The notes beneath the pieces were generated by a model, which ran no database searches, was not told where the DNA came from, and saw nothing but the letters and a program-made list of their open reading frames with translations. Position numbers and translations under genes: made by a program. From a virus (Duplodnaviria; Caudoviricetes), in IMG/VR virus record IMGVR_UViG_3300025167_000046, positions 1 to 28,912 of that record: a DNA stretch of 28,912 nt; one strand, 5' to 3'. Of the stretch, positions 1-7,937 are shown piece after piece (positions within the stretch are counted from its first letter, which is position 1; each line of letters begins with the position of its first letter).

Positions 1-204
1 AAGATTAATTGATCTTTCTAGTTTATCAAATCTATCATCATTGGTAGCAGGAGAAGGACTTGCACCTTCTATCTTTTGGGTATGAGCCAAATGAGTATCT
101 ACATTCTCTTTCCTGCTATTCTTATTTTTTGAGCCTGGTGGTCTACCACGCTTCTTTACTACAATTTCTTTTTCAGTAAAATCTAATTCTAATTGGTTGG
201 ACAT
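1..204 (-). CDS. Hypothetical protein with AT-hook motif (3'-truncated by window edge); contains tRNA-Met in frame
   Basis: Manual translation from ATG 204 (AGAGGA RBS upstream): MSNQLELDFTEKEIVVKKRGRPPGSKNKNSRKENVDTHLAHTQKIEGASPSPATNDDRFDKLERSINL..., open to position 1; KKRGRPPGSKNK is a canonical AT-hook. Not in the supplied ORF track. Confidence 0.75.
   Translation of the reverse strand, partial: MSNQLELDFTEKEIVVKKRGRPPGSKNKNSRKENVDTHLAHTQKIEGASPSPATNDDRFDKLERSINL
42..117 (-). tRNA. tRNA-Met (CAT), initiator-like features
   Basis: Acceptor AGCAGGA/TCCTGCT + A + CCA; D stem GAG/CTC (A11-U24); anticodon arm TTTGG-CTCATAC-CCAAA; T arm GAAGG-TGCAAGT-CCTTC; 76 nt. Non-canonical A8 and G55. 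Confidence 0.88.
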
Positions 205-336
205 TTCATCCTCTTTTTTGAGTAATAACCCTCATCCTGCTCCCAGGATCATCCTCGGTCATCGGATATTAGCTAGTTCCTTTTAGACATTGTATTGTCA
301 AGAACCATTTTACCGAATTATACCTACTCCACCCTT

Positions 337-381
337 TTAGCCTATTCTACTACTTAGAACCGTAGATGGTTCATAGGCTAA
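337..381 (-). ncRNA. Candidate structured RNA element (outer stem + hairpin + loop pseudoknot) just after the MCP stop
   Basis: TTAGCCTAT-GAACC-ATCTAC-GGTTC-TAAGTA-GTAGA-ATAGGCTAA. Confidence 0.5.
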
Positions 382-383
382 TT

Positions 384-1808
384 TTAATCAAATGAAGATT
401 CAGCTTCTACTCGATTGAAGAAGTTGTTGTTGTTGATTACGCATTTGAACATAATCTTCCATCCAGCTTTACGTCTTAATGCTAGAGGATTACTATCACT
501 TGCCCCAGGAGGGGTTAGTGTAGACTGTAAGTTTTGTAGATCAACAACGGTGTATGCTTCCTTACCGAATAAGAATCCAAGGTGAGTCTTGGAACTAGCT
601 GATGCCATTTCGTCAAGTAAGCTACCAGCAGTTGTACCGGAGGTAGCGATTGCGAAGATTGTAGTACCATTGGCATTGGCAGTATCTCCAATCTCAATAC
701 TTGCTGATGCAGCAAAATATTGATCTGAACCTTGAACATACTTAGTAATAGCTGCGTTTGCAGCACTAGAAGCGGTAATATCTGATGCGGATGTTGCCCA
801 GTAAATCTTATATCGTAGTGTAGCAGTAGATGGTAACACTACGGTAACAGAGTCATCAGTATCGGCAGCACCAACATCCTCAGTTGAAACTTGGTAGATT
901 ACGCTAGGATAATTGAATGTAGTATCGAAACCTACAACTAGAATCCGGTGATAACGTAGTGCCAAATCTCCCCCACCTTCATTAATATTTGTGGTAGGTG
1001 CAGCAGCAGATGTTAAAGTTGGAAGTGAATTGGATCGTAGAAAACGAACACCTAAGAACTCTCCAATCTCTCCATTCCATAACCTCTTTGCAGCAGCGTA
1101 TTTAACTGAGTCAATAAAATCAGGATCAGATGATACATCAAACTCCATGTAGGAATCAAGAATAGATACATAATGATCTCCTAACTCTGGATCGGCAACC
1201 CCTGGCGCACGTTCCATTCCCATAGCACCATTAGCTCGTAGACTTGCCACCATCCTACGCCATGTATCAGAAGTAACTACATCGGTAGAGGTTAGTGAAA
1301 ATCTATTTGCAATAGTACCAGGATAGAAGATAGATGTTCCAGTCGCAACGACATTAAAACATTCTCGCTCAACTGTTTCACCACTCTGAAACCCTAATAG
1401 TTGTAGAGCCTTTTGTAGAGGCTTGTGTTTAATTGTTAATTCAGCAACGTCAGTAATTGTAACGTATGCTCCCCACTGTTCCGCAGTTGCAGTAACAGTT
1501 GAAATACTCATTGTAGTAGAGCTACCCTCATTACCTTCACTAATTACACTGAAAGGTAATGGTAAACGCTCATATCGAGTATATTGGAATGTCTTGGATG
1601 ATTGAGAAGGCAATACTGCCTTATCACCCATTTCATAGAACCTTAGAATCTTATAAGCAATCCTAAGAGTTTTTTCTGCAATGTACTGGATAGCGTCTGA
1701 TCCAGACTGTACGGTATAATTACCGAGAACAGTGGATGTGGTATCTGCTCCACCAGCCATCTTAGGTTGTAACCAAGAAGATAGCTTATTGGATAACCAC
1801 TTGAACAT
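384..1808 (-). CDS. Major capsid protein, N4-gp56-like family, with internal insertion domain
   Basis: Motifs ISEG..., TATAEQWGAYVTITDVAEL, NGEIGEFLGVRF, FGKEAY, D-SNPLALRRKAGWK; position after portal and scaffold. Confidence 0.9.
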   Translation of the reverse strand: MFKWLSNKLSSWLQPKMAGGADTTSTVLGNYTVQSGSDAIQYIAEKTLRIAYKILRFYEMGDKAVLPSQSSKTFQYTRYERLPLPFSVISEGNEGSSTTMSISTVTATAEQWGAYVTITDVAELTIKHKPLQKALQLLGFQSGETVERECFNVVATGTSIFYPGTIANRFSLTSTDVVTSDTWRRMVASLRANGAMGMERAPGVADPELGDHYVSILDSYMEFDVSSDPDFIDSVKYAAAKRLWNGEIGEFLGVRFLRSNSLPTLTSAAAPTTNINEGGGDLALRYHRILVVGFDTTFNYPSVIYQVSTEDVGAADTDDSVTVVLPSTATLRYKIYWATSASDITASSAANAAITKYVQGSDQYFAASASIEIGDTANANGTTIFAIATSGTTAGSLLDEMASASSKTHLGFLFGKEAYTVVDLQNLQSTLTPPGASDSNPLALRRKAGWKIMFKCVINNNNFFNRVEAESSFD

Positions 1809-1823
1809 TAAAAATCACTCTCC

Positions 1824-2495
1824 TTAAAATTTTACATCAACCATGCTTTCATCTAGTTCTTTGTCATTCATGTCTCGCATGGGCTTCTTTATTTTATCCT
1901 TAGAAGAACTGACATTGTTATTGGTCTTTTCTTTGCTTATTCTGACATCAGACTTTTTAACAATGAGTTTTCCAGTGGAAGTTTTCTTAATCAACCCCCT
2001 AGTAACAGCAATTTCAAATGCCTGTTCCCTAGTTAAATATGCCCCTGAATTAGAATATTCTTTACGAATAGTATCTATCTCCCTGGTATATTTTTTAATT
2101 TGAGGGTTAGCAACAGAAGCCTTTACTTCATCAAGTCTGTCAATAACAGCCCCTAAGATTTCCTCATTGGCTGCATTTTGCTTGCCAGATAATTGTCTGT
2201 AATATTGTTCTACAGCTTTTCTTGTATTAGCATCGACATCTTCGGGCCACTCAAATTCCTTATCCTTTGGTGTCAATCCTCTATTTTGAGTAACTAATTG
2301 AGATAGAGTATCAGTCAAACCTCTAAGTGTATTCTTTTCATCAACAACTTCCTTGAATCGAGAATAAGGCACTTTTTCTTCATGCTCTGATTCTTCTTCC
2401 TCAACGACTTCTTCTTCTTTAACTTCCTCTGTATCTTCTTTCTGTTCATCAGTATCTTTAACGTCAACCTGATCTGACGCTTCTTGATCAGCCAT
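1824..2495 (-). CDS. Capsid scaffolding protein
   Basis: Acidic N-terminus, KVPYSRFKEVVDEKN coiled-coil motif typical of phage scaffolds, immediately upstream of MCP. Confidence 0.75.
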   Translation of the reverse strand: MADQEASDQVDVKDTDEQKEDTEEVKEEEVVEEEESEHEEKVPYSRFKEVVDEKNTLRGLTDTLSQLVTQNRGLTPKDKEFEWPEDVDANTRKAVEQYYRQLSGKQNAANEEILGAVIDRLDEVKASVANPQIKKYTREIDTIRKEYSNSGAYLTREQAFEIAVTRGLIKKTSTGKLIVKKSDVRISKEKTNNNVSSSKDKIKKPMRDMNDKELDESMVDVKF

Positions 2496-2515
2496 TATAT
2501 CCTCCTATTTTACGC

Positions 2516-2866
2516 TTAGCCAGCGATTTTGGCATTTGTTTTTTCCTGTATTTTCAAAAGTGTCTTTAAGAAATTCTCAGGAAAATTTATTAATTCATCT
2601 GTCTGTTTATATATTGTATTAAACTTTGCTAGTGTAATACAATCATCCAAGTTATTTATTGTTTTTCCCTTCAGATTTTGTTCCATACTCCATTTGGTTC
2701 TAACCATGCAGCCCTGAAAAAATCTCCAAAACTCGGATTTCATTCCGTCCAAAAACACTTGTTTTATGTGTTCTGGATTCTCTTTACATAGTTTATCAAA
2801 TTCCTCAGCATCCTTTAAACACTTTGTTAATTTCTCATAATCTGCACTAAGATTTTGAAAGTCCAT
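2516..2866 (-). CDS. Hypothetical head-module protein
   Basis: 116 aa ORF, AGGAG RBS, in operon between portal and scaffold. Confidence 0.7.
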   Translation of the reverse strand: MDFQNLSADYEKLTKCLKDAEEFDKLCKENPEHIKQVFLDGMKSEFWRFFQGCMVRTKWSMEQNLKGKTINNLDDCITLAKFNTIYKQTDELINFPENFLKTLLKIQEKTNAKIAG

Positions 2867-2877
2867 CTATCATCTCC

Positions 2878-3072
2878 TTAAATTGCTCTACCTTTTAATC
2901 GTTTTTCAAGTCGTTGTAATCTTTCTTCTCTTTCTCCTTCTATTTCTTTTTCAAATTCTTTGGGGTATGGAGCAACCCTGGCTTTCCTTTTTCTTGCTCT
3001 AGGTAATAAAAGTGGTTCCCCTCTTGGATATTTTGGTGTCCCAGGAACAGTGGGCATTGCTCTTTTTGCCAT
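2878..3072 (-). CDS. Small basic protein, C-terminus LEKRLKGRAI
   Basis: AAGGAG RBS, 64 aa, Arg/Pro/Lys rich. Confidence 0.7.
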   Translation of the reverse strand: MAKRAMPTVPGTPKYPRGEPLLLPRARKRKARVAPYPKEFEKEIEGEREERLQRLEKRLKGRAI

Positions 3073-3089
3073 TAATATTCTCCTTAATT

Positions 3090-3164
3090 TGGTCAGGGAG
3101 ATTGGATTCGCACCAATGTCCTCTCGGTTCCAAGCCGAGTAGTCTACTACTGACTTACCCCCTG
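3090..3164 (-). tRNA. tRNA-Pro (TGG)
   Basis: Acceptor CAGGGGG/CTCCCTG + A + CCA; anticodon arm CTCGG-CTTGGAA-CCGAG; T arm ATTGG-TGCGAAT-CCAAT. Confidence 0.9.
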
Positions 3165-3232
3165 CTCTTAATTTGTTTTTTACTTGTATAAATAGGTTTC
3201 TTACTTTCAGAATCCTTCCACGTTTTACCCAT
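3155..3232 (-). CDS. 25-aa basic mini-ORF ending inside tRNA-Pro
   Basis: TAATG coupling with upstream gene; MGKTWKDSESKKPIYTSKKQIKSRG*; stop is tRNA positions 8-10. Confidence 0.4.
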   Translation of the reverse strand: MGKTWKDSESKKPIYTSKKQIKSRG

Positions 3233-3429
3233 TAAAATTTCTTCCCTCTTAATCGTTTTTCTGCTGGTGATGGAGAAACTTTCTCTCCTGCTTCCCTAGC
3301 TTCGCTGAGAGCAATCGCCACAGCCTGTTTCCTACTCTTTACTTTTGCACCTTTCCCTGGGCCTTTCTTACCTCTATGCAACGTGCCTCTTTTATACTCT
3401 CCCATTACTTTTTCTACTTTTCCAGCCAT
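3232..3429 (-). CDS. DUF6496-like small basic protein, C-terminus AEKRLRGKKF
   Basis: KVEKVMGEYKRGTLHRG...KVKSRKQAVAIALSEAREAG signature. Confidence 0.8.
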   Translation of the reverse strand: MAGKVEKVMGEYKRGTLHRGKKGPGKGAKVKSRKQAVAIALSEAREAGEKVSPSPAEKRLRGKKF

Positions 3430-3614
3430 TAAAATTTTACTCCTTCCATCTTTTCCTCTATAAAGTTTTCTTTTAATGCTTGGTGTGCATCTTTAATATA
3501 CATCATTAGCTTATTTTGAGATTCTACATCAGCAGTTTTTGGATAATCCATGTGAACTTGATGTAATTTTATAGCCTTTTCTAACAACTCTATGGCTTTA
3601 TAATCCATTTCCAT
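3429..3614 (-). CDS. Small helical protein, C-terminus IEEKMEGVKF
   Basis: 61 aa, TAATG-coupled on both sides. Confidence 0.7.
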   Translation of the reverse strand: MEMDYKAIELLEKAIKLHQVHMDYPKTADVESQNKLMMYIKDAHQALKENFIEEKMEGVKF

Positions 3615-3781
3615 TAAAATGACTTCCCTTCCAATTGTGCTTCCATTTGTTCTAATCGAGTTTTACGTTTATGCAATGCTTCTACTGCTTTTCTTGCCAT
3701 ACCTTTACCGAGCATTTTGGGTGAGGGTTTTTTCATCCTCTTTTTCATTTCTTCTTTGTGTTCTGGTGTTCCATGTTTCAT
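3614..3781 (-). CDS. Small basic protein, C-terminus MEAQLEGKSF
   Basis: Manual translation (55 aa): MKHGTPEHKEEMKKRMKKPSPKMLGKGMARKAVEALHKRKTRLEQMEAQLEGKSF; fills the gap after the portal, TAATG-coupled downstream. Confidence 0.7.
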   Translation of the reverse strand: MKHGTPEHKEEMKKRMKKPSPKMLGKGMARKAVEALHKRKTRLEQMEAQLEGKSF

Positions 3782-3787
3782 TCTTCT

Positions 3788-5899
3788 CTACCCCCTAAAA
3801 TTTCCTATTGGTTGATTTCCTTCCATCATTCTTTCGCCTTCCACTTCCTGTCCTGGCTCTGCTGGTGGTTCTGGTGGTGGAGCAGCAGCTTGTTGCTGCA
3901 TTAATTTCTGCATATTTTCAAAATCTTTCTGATGCTTCTCCATGTGCATTCTGGCTATTTCCACAATTTCAGGCATGTCTGATTGTAGTAATGGTTGGTG
4001 TGCTTGCATGTGTCCTTGGTGGTCATCCCCCATGCTAGTTGGAAGTGGCTTGCCCAATGCCATAATCATATTTTCAATCTCAGGAGGTAATGCTCTTTCA
4101 TCCTGCATACTGATGAATAGTTTATCTTCACCATCCATAGCAAGCCCATCTGACCAGTATTCTTTCAATAGCCATTCAATATTAGGTAATTTCTGTTGCT
4201 GCATCATTAATTGTACCCAAGGAGCCATTGTGTTTAAGAATTGTGCTATTTGTTGTGATTTAATATGTATGTTGGTAGTCTGATTAGCCCCTCTCCAATA
4301 AAAATTATAATCTCCTACGAGATTCTCAGGGTCGATTGTTCTCCAATATTTAGCACCCTTTCTACCAGTTACCCTCACAATCTCTGCTTTATTCAAGAAT
4401 TGTTGTACTCTGCTATAAGCCTTCTTTAACCAAGGAGACATTATAGTATCTTCTAAATTCTCAACGATCTGCTGTACTGGAAGTGAATATTCTTGCTGAA
4501 GTGCTTGTATATGCAACGCAGCCTTTCTTCCCGTCATTGGTATATTCTGTAAACCAGGATATTCTTCGATCAATCCCTTAACTTGTGCCATGATGCTAAA
4601 TCCGATAGAAGCCACTTCTGGTGGTCTGATGATATCAGCAGCAGAAGGGTCGGTTAATGCCCACATAGCCCCAGGTGCGAATGCGATAGAAGCTATATTT
4701 ACTACTCTGCCTGGGTCATACTTGACAATAGGGTTAAGAGAATAATAATTACTATCAAATGTCTGATTAGCTGTATCATTAAAATAATATTGTAATGAAG
4801 CCAAAGGCTCATACATACCAGAAGAATAAATTTCATTCATTAACTCATTAATGCGACCAAGTAGAAATGGCTTCTCATTATCAAAATACTGACACTTCCT
4901 TAATTCAATACAAATCTTCCCACCGATAGTCGTGATTATCGTTTCTTGCTCGTCTGGATCATCTTCTGTTCCCCAGTTATAAAGACCTTGATATTTAATA
5001 AGTGTTGCTCTAAAGAAGGTTTTTTGTGAATCTTCCTGATCGGTCAATCCGTCTTTGGCTAATCTATATTCCTTTGACCAATTCCACTGGTCTGATACAT
5101 CTCCCAGAGATATTTCTGGTATATTGACATTAACATATATCCCTTTTTTCATTTGTGATACTAGATGATTTCGAGTCTGTTTACTTAAAGTGATTACCCC
5201 AACCACTTCATCTATATCATTAGCTGTGTGTGGCCATAAATATGTAGCGAAATTATCTTGTACATCAAATGTTGGATTGCGTTTCTTTACAATTTTCTTT
5301 TCAGCTTCCTCAATAACTGTCTCCATCTCACCAGTTTCTTCATAATAAGTATTTCCAGTGATGGGATCAGTTTGTTTTATTCTTACTGGCGTTTGCCTCT
5401 TTCTTAATCCTATAATTTTCTTAACTTCTTCTTCCCATCCGCATTCAATCACTGCCCATCCGTACATGACAAGCTGTCTAAGAAATCTATCAACTTTTTG
5501 CTTTAGCTTAACTCTTTTTTCTACCTGCCATTTCATGTAATCATAAATAGCATCAGATTCATCATCCATATCATTGTCGGTTGGTTCTACATCAAAAACA
5601 TCATCGGTGGGAAACAATGCTCTTTTAATTCTTGAAACAAACTGCTCACACGCTTTTCTCAAAATAGGAACGTAAACTTGTGCTTCACCATTATAATATC
5701 TGACATCAAATGTACAGCGATAAATATTGTAATACTCTAAATACTTCGCATTCAATAGCCCTCTACGCATCTGCAATTCTGTAGAAACTTTGTCAAGAAA
5801 AGATAACGCCTCGGCAGCTTTCTCTGTATCTTCTGCGTAATTTTTATTGTCGATCAGAAATTCTTGACTAGATTCTTCTTCTAAAATTTCTTCTGGCAT
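3788..5899 (-). CDS. Portal protein
   Basis: 703 aa directly after TerL; podovirus-like portal features (QLVMYGWAVIECGWE, IAFAPGAMW, DDHQGHMQAH, Q/P-rich tail). Confidence 0.88.
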   Translation of the reverse strand: MPEEILEEESSQEFLIDNKNYAEDTEKAAEALSFLDKVSTELQMRRGLLNAKYLEYYNIYRCTFDVRYYNGEAQVYVPILRKACEQFVSRIKRALFPTDDVFDVEPTDNDMDDESDAIYDYMKWQVEKRVKLKQKVDRFLRQLVMYGWAVIECGWEEEVKKIIGLRKRQTPVRIKQTDPITGNTYYEETGEMETVIEEAEKKIVKKRNPTFDVQDNFATYLWPHTANDIDEVVGVITLSKQTRNHLVSQMKKGIYVNVNIPEISLGDVSDQWNWSKEYRLAKDGLTDQEDSQKTFFRATLIKYQGLYNWGTEDDPDEQETIITTIGGKICIELRKCQYFDNEKPFLLGRINELMNEIYSSGMYEPLASLQYYFNDTANQTFDSNYYSLNPIVKYDPGRVVNIASIAFAPGAMWALTDPSAADIIRPPEVASIGFSIMAQVKGLIEEYPGLQNIPMTGRKAALHIQALQQEYSLPVQQIVENLEDTIMSPWLKKAYSRVQQFLNKAEIVRVTGRKGAKYWRTIDPENLVGDYNFYWRGANQTTNIHIKSQQIAQFLNTMAPWVQLMMQQQKLPNIEWLLKEYWSDGLAMDGEDKLFISMQDERALPPEIENMIMALGKPLPTSMGDDHQGHMQAHQPLLQSDMPEIVEIARMHMEKHQKDFENMQKLMQQQAAAPPPEPPAEPGQEVEGERMMEGNQPIGNFRG

Positions 5900-7401
5900 T
5901 ACATTCCCCTTCTCGCATTCATCCTTAACAATGCAGAATTATAAGAATTAGATTGTCTGGCATTAAGTTTTGTTTCAGTATTCATTTTGTCTCCCTTATT
6001 GGTATAAATATTTTGGATTTTATACCTTCGGCAATCTTGAAGATGTTTGTAATAATCTTTTTCATTATTTTCCTTCTCATCTTCATCTCTTAAATCGCCT
6101 GTTGGAGTTTTACCATCTCTAGCATAAATATATCCTGACAAAAATCCATCAATACTATTCACACACGATGGGTGAATTTGATATCCAGGTCTAGGCCCAA
6201 TCCACATAACCATTTTCTTCCTGATTATTTCATGTCCATCTTCAATATCAAGATTAGGACGACAAATAGGATGCTGTTTAATAAAATCTCTCAATATTTC
6301 GATAGATGTTCTTCTGTTTTTATCTGATTTTTGCATTCCAGCATAATCACAATAATCTATAAACGTAGCGTCAGGATATCTTATATTACTTTCTGCAATA
6401 ATTTTTGGAGCAAAATTCTCTAAAATCTCATCTTGTCCTAATATTTCGTACAAATCATTCCATCTATCTTGATCATCTATCTGGCTCCAAGAACATGCAG
6501 GACGATGAAATCCAAAATCCCAACCTCTTAATACTACTTTCTCCTTCTGGTATATCAAACCAGAATTAATATGACGAAGTTCACTGAATGGTTCAAATAT
6601 CCTTCTTCTACCTTCTCCTAATTCAATCATTTCCTGCTCACGATTCCATGCTTCTTCTGTATATCCCTTCCTGGCTTCTCTTTTCCAAATATCATCTTTG
6701 TCTGGTCGTCTACTGTAATGAAGTTTTACTAATTTTCCCTTTGGTTGTTGAAACACTGGATTCTGCATCCAATTCTTTTTAAAATTGGCTCTGCCTTTGG
6801 GCCAAGTTGTTACAGCTATAAATTGTCCTCCCCCATCAACTGCTGGCTTAGAAGCACTAAATGTATCTTGAAGCTGTTCTTGAAATCCAAACTCATCAGA
6901 AAATATCACCGAGAAAGTGTATGATCTAAGCTGGTCAGGGCCTTGTGGGATGCCATACCCATCCGAATACATCTCTGGAACCTTGATTCTGGAATAACTA
7001 AACTCTGCTAGAGGCTTCCACTTAGGAAGATGATCATATATCACCTTCGCCCTTTGTACAAGAGCATCAGCATCATCACCCTTCTTTGATTGAAAGGCTA
7101 CCTTCTTACCTTTATGAAAGAGAATAGTCCAAAGTAAATAAGATACCAACTCCCAAGTTGCCATCATCTGCCTTGATTTAAGAACGAACAGCCACCGATA
7201 TTGAAGGAGGTCATTATCCAATTCATCCAAGTAAGCCCATGCTGGAAATTTCTTAATAGCATTTCCAGTTGTATCATGTTCATCAAGAGTGTAAACTAAA
7301 TTCTTCCTAAATAATTTGAAGTCATTAGCATAAATAGCTCTCAATGCTCCAACTTTACTTTCAGCAGATAATTCTTTTATTCTTTGTTCAGTAATTTCCA
7401 T
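5899..7401 (-). CDS. terL: Terminase large subunit
   Basis: Walker A-like VLKSRQMMATW, Walker B VIFSDEF, RNase H-like nuclease GWDFGFHRP and HLQDCRRY. Confidence 0.92.
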   Translation of the reverse strand: MEITEQRIKELSAESKVGALRAIYANDFKLFRKNLVYTLDEHDTTGNAIKKFPAWAYLDELDNDLLQYRWLFVLKSRQMMATWELVSYLLWTILFHKGKKVAFQSKKGDDADALVQRAKVIYDHLPKWKPLAEFSYSRIKVPEMYSDGYGIPQGPDQLRSYTFSVIFSDEFGFQEQLQDTFSASKPAVDGGGQFIAVTTWPKGRANFKKNWMQNPVFQQPKGKLVKLHYSRRPDKDDIWKREARKGYTEEAWNREQEMIELGEGRRRIFEPFSELRHINSGLIYQKEKVVLRGWDFGFHRPACSWSQIDDQDRWNDLYEILGQDEILENFAPKIIAESNIRYPDATFIDYCDYAGMQKSDKNRRTSIEILRDFIKQHPICRPNLDIEDGHEIIRKKMVMWIGPRPGYQIHPSCVNSIDGFLSGYIYARDGKTPTGDLRDEDEKENNEKDYYKHLQDCRRYKIQNIYTNKGDKMNTETKLNARQSNSYNSALLRMNARRGM

Positions 7402-7477
7402 TGTTCATCTTTCGTGAACTGATATTGTTCAAACAATATCGTTACTTTTTCTACACATGGTAGATAAGCTAAAATTA

Positions 7478-7690
7478 TTATGCTTTTTGAGCAAAACTAT
7501 CTGCATCCGCAGCAGAGGTTGTGGTATCTGTACCGGCTCCACCGTGAGCATGAGCATTAAAATCTGCCTTCAACTCATTGCACAATGTAGTAAGTTTATT
7601 TAATGCTGTTACAAAATCATCCCAATCATTAGGTTGAGCAGATGCTCTTCCTAATCGAAGTGCTTTTCGTTTCAAAGTTACAGTTGCCAT
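7478..7690 (-). CDS. Hypothetical small protein, possibly virion-associated
   Basis: AGAGGGG RBS; coiled coil followed by FNAHAHGG His motif. Confidence 0.6.
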   Translation of the reverse strand: MATVTLKRKALRLGRASAQPNDWDDFVTALNKLTTLCNELKADFNAHAHGGAGTDTTTSAADADSFAQKA

Positions 7691-7937
7691 TCTTATTCCC
7701 CCTCTTTAACTGAAATAATATCTCGATCATTAAATTTATCTCTGAATCACTTGCTTCTCCACCATACTCCTTCATATACAACTTTGCCCACTGGTGGGAC
7801 TCTGCTTGCTTCACCATATCATTATCAGCATAACTGAATGATATATCCTTGGCTGTCTTTGTGATGGAATATTCACATGCTTCTTTTAACTGCTTAGAAC
7901 GCCAAACCCAAAAAAATAATTTTATTAATTTCCACAT
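7629..7937 (-). CDS. Hypothetical protein, weak resemblance to LL-H-type holin C-terminal region
   Basis: Amphipathic N-terminus; ...SDSEINLMIE...; TAATG-coupled; overlaps next gene by 62 nt. Confidence 0.4.
   Translation of the reverse strand: MWKLIKLFFWVWRSKQLKEACEYSITKTAKDISFSYADNDMVKQAESHQWAKLYMKEYGGEASDSEINLMIEILFQLKRGNKNGNCNFETKSTSIRKSICST

Noticed and set aside
205-336. Fluoride or other known riboswitch
   Set aside because: Only a GCTAAT/GATGAC fragment; the conserved 5' pairing is absent.
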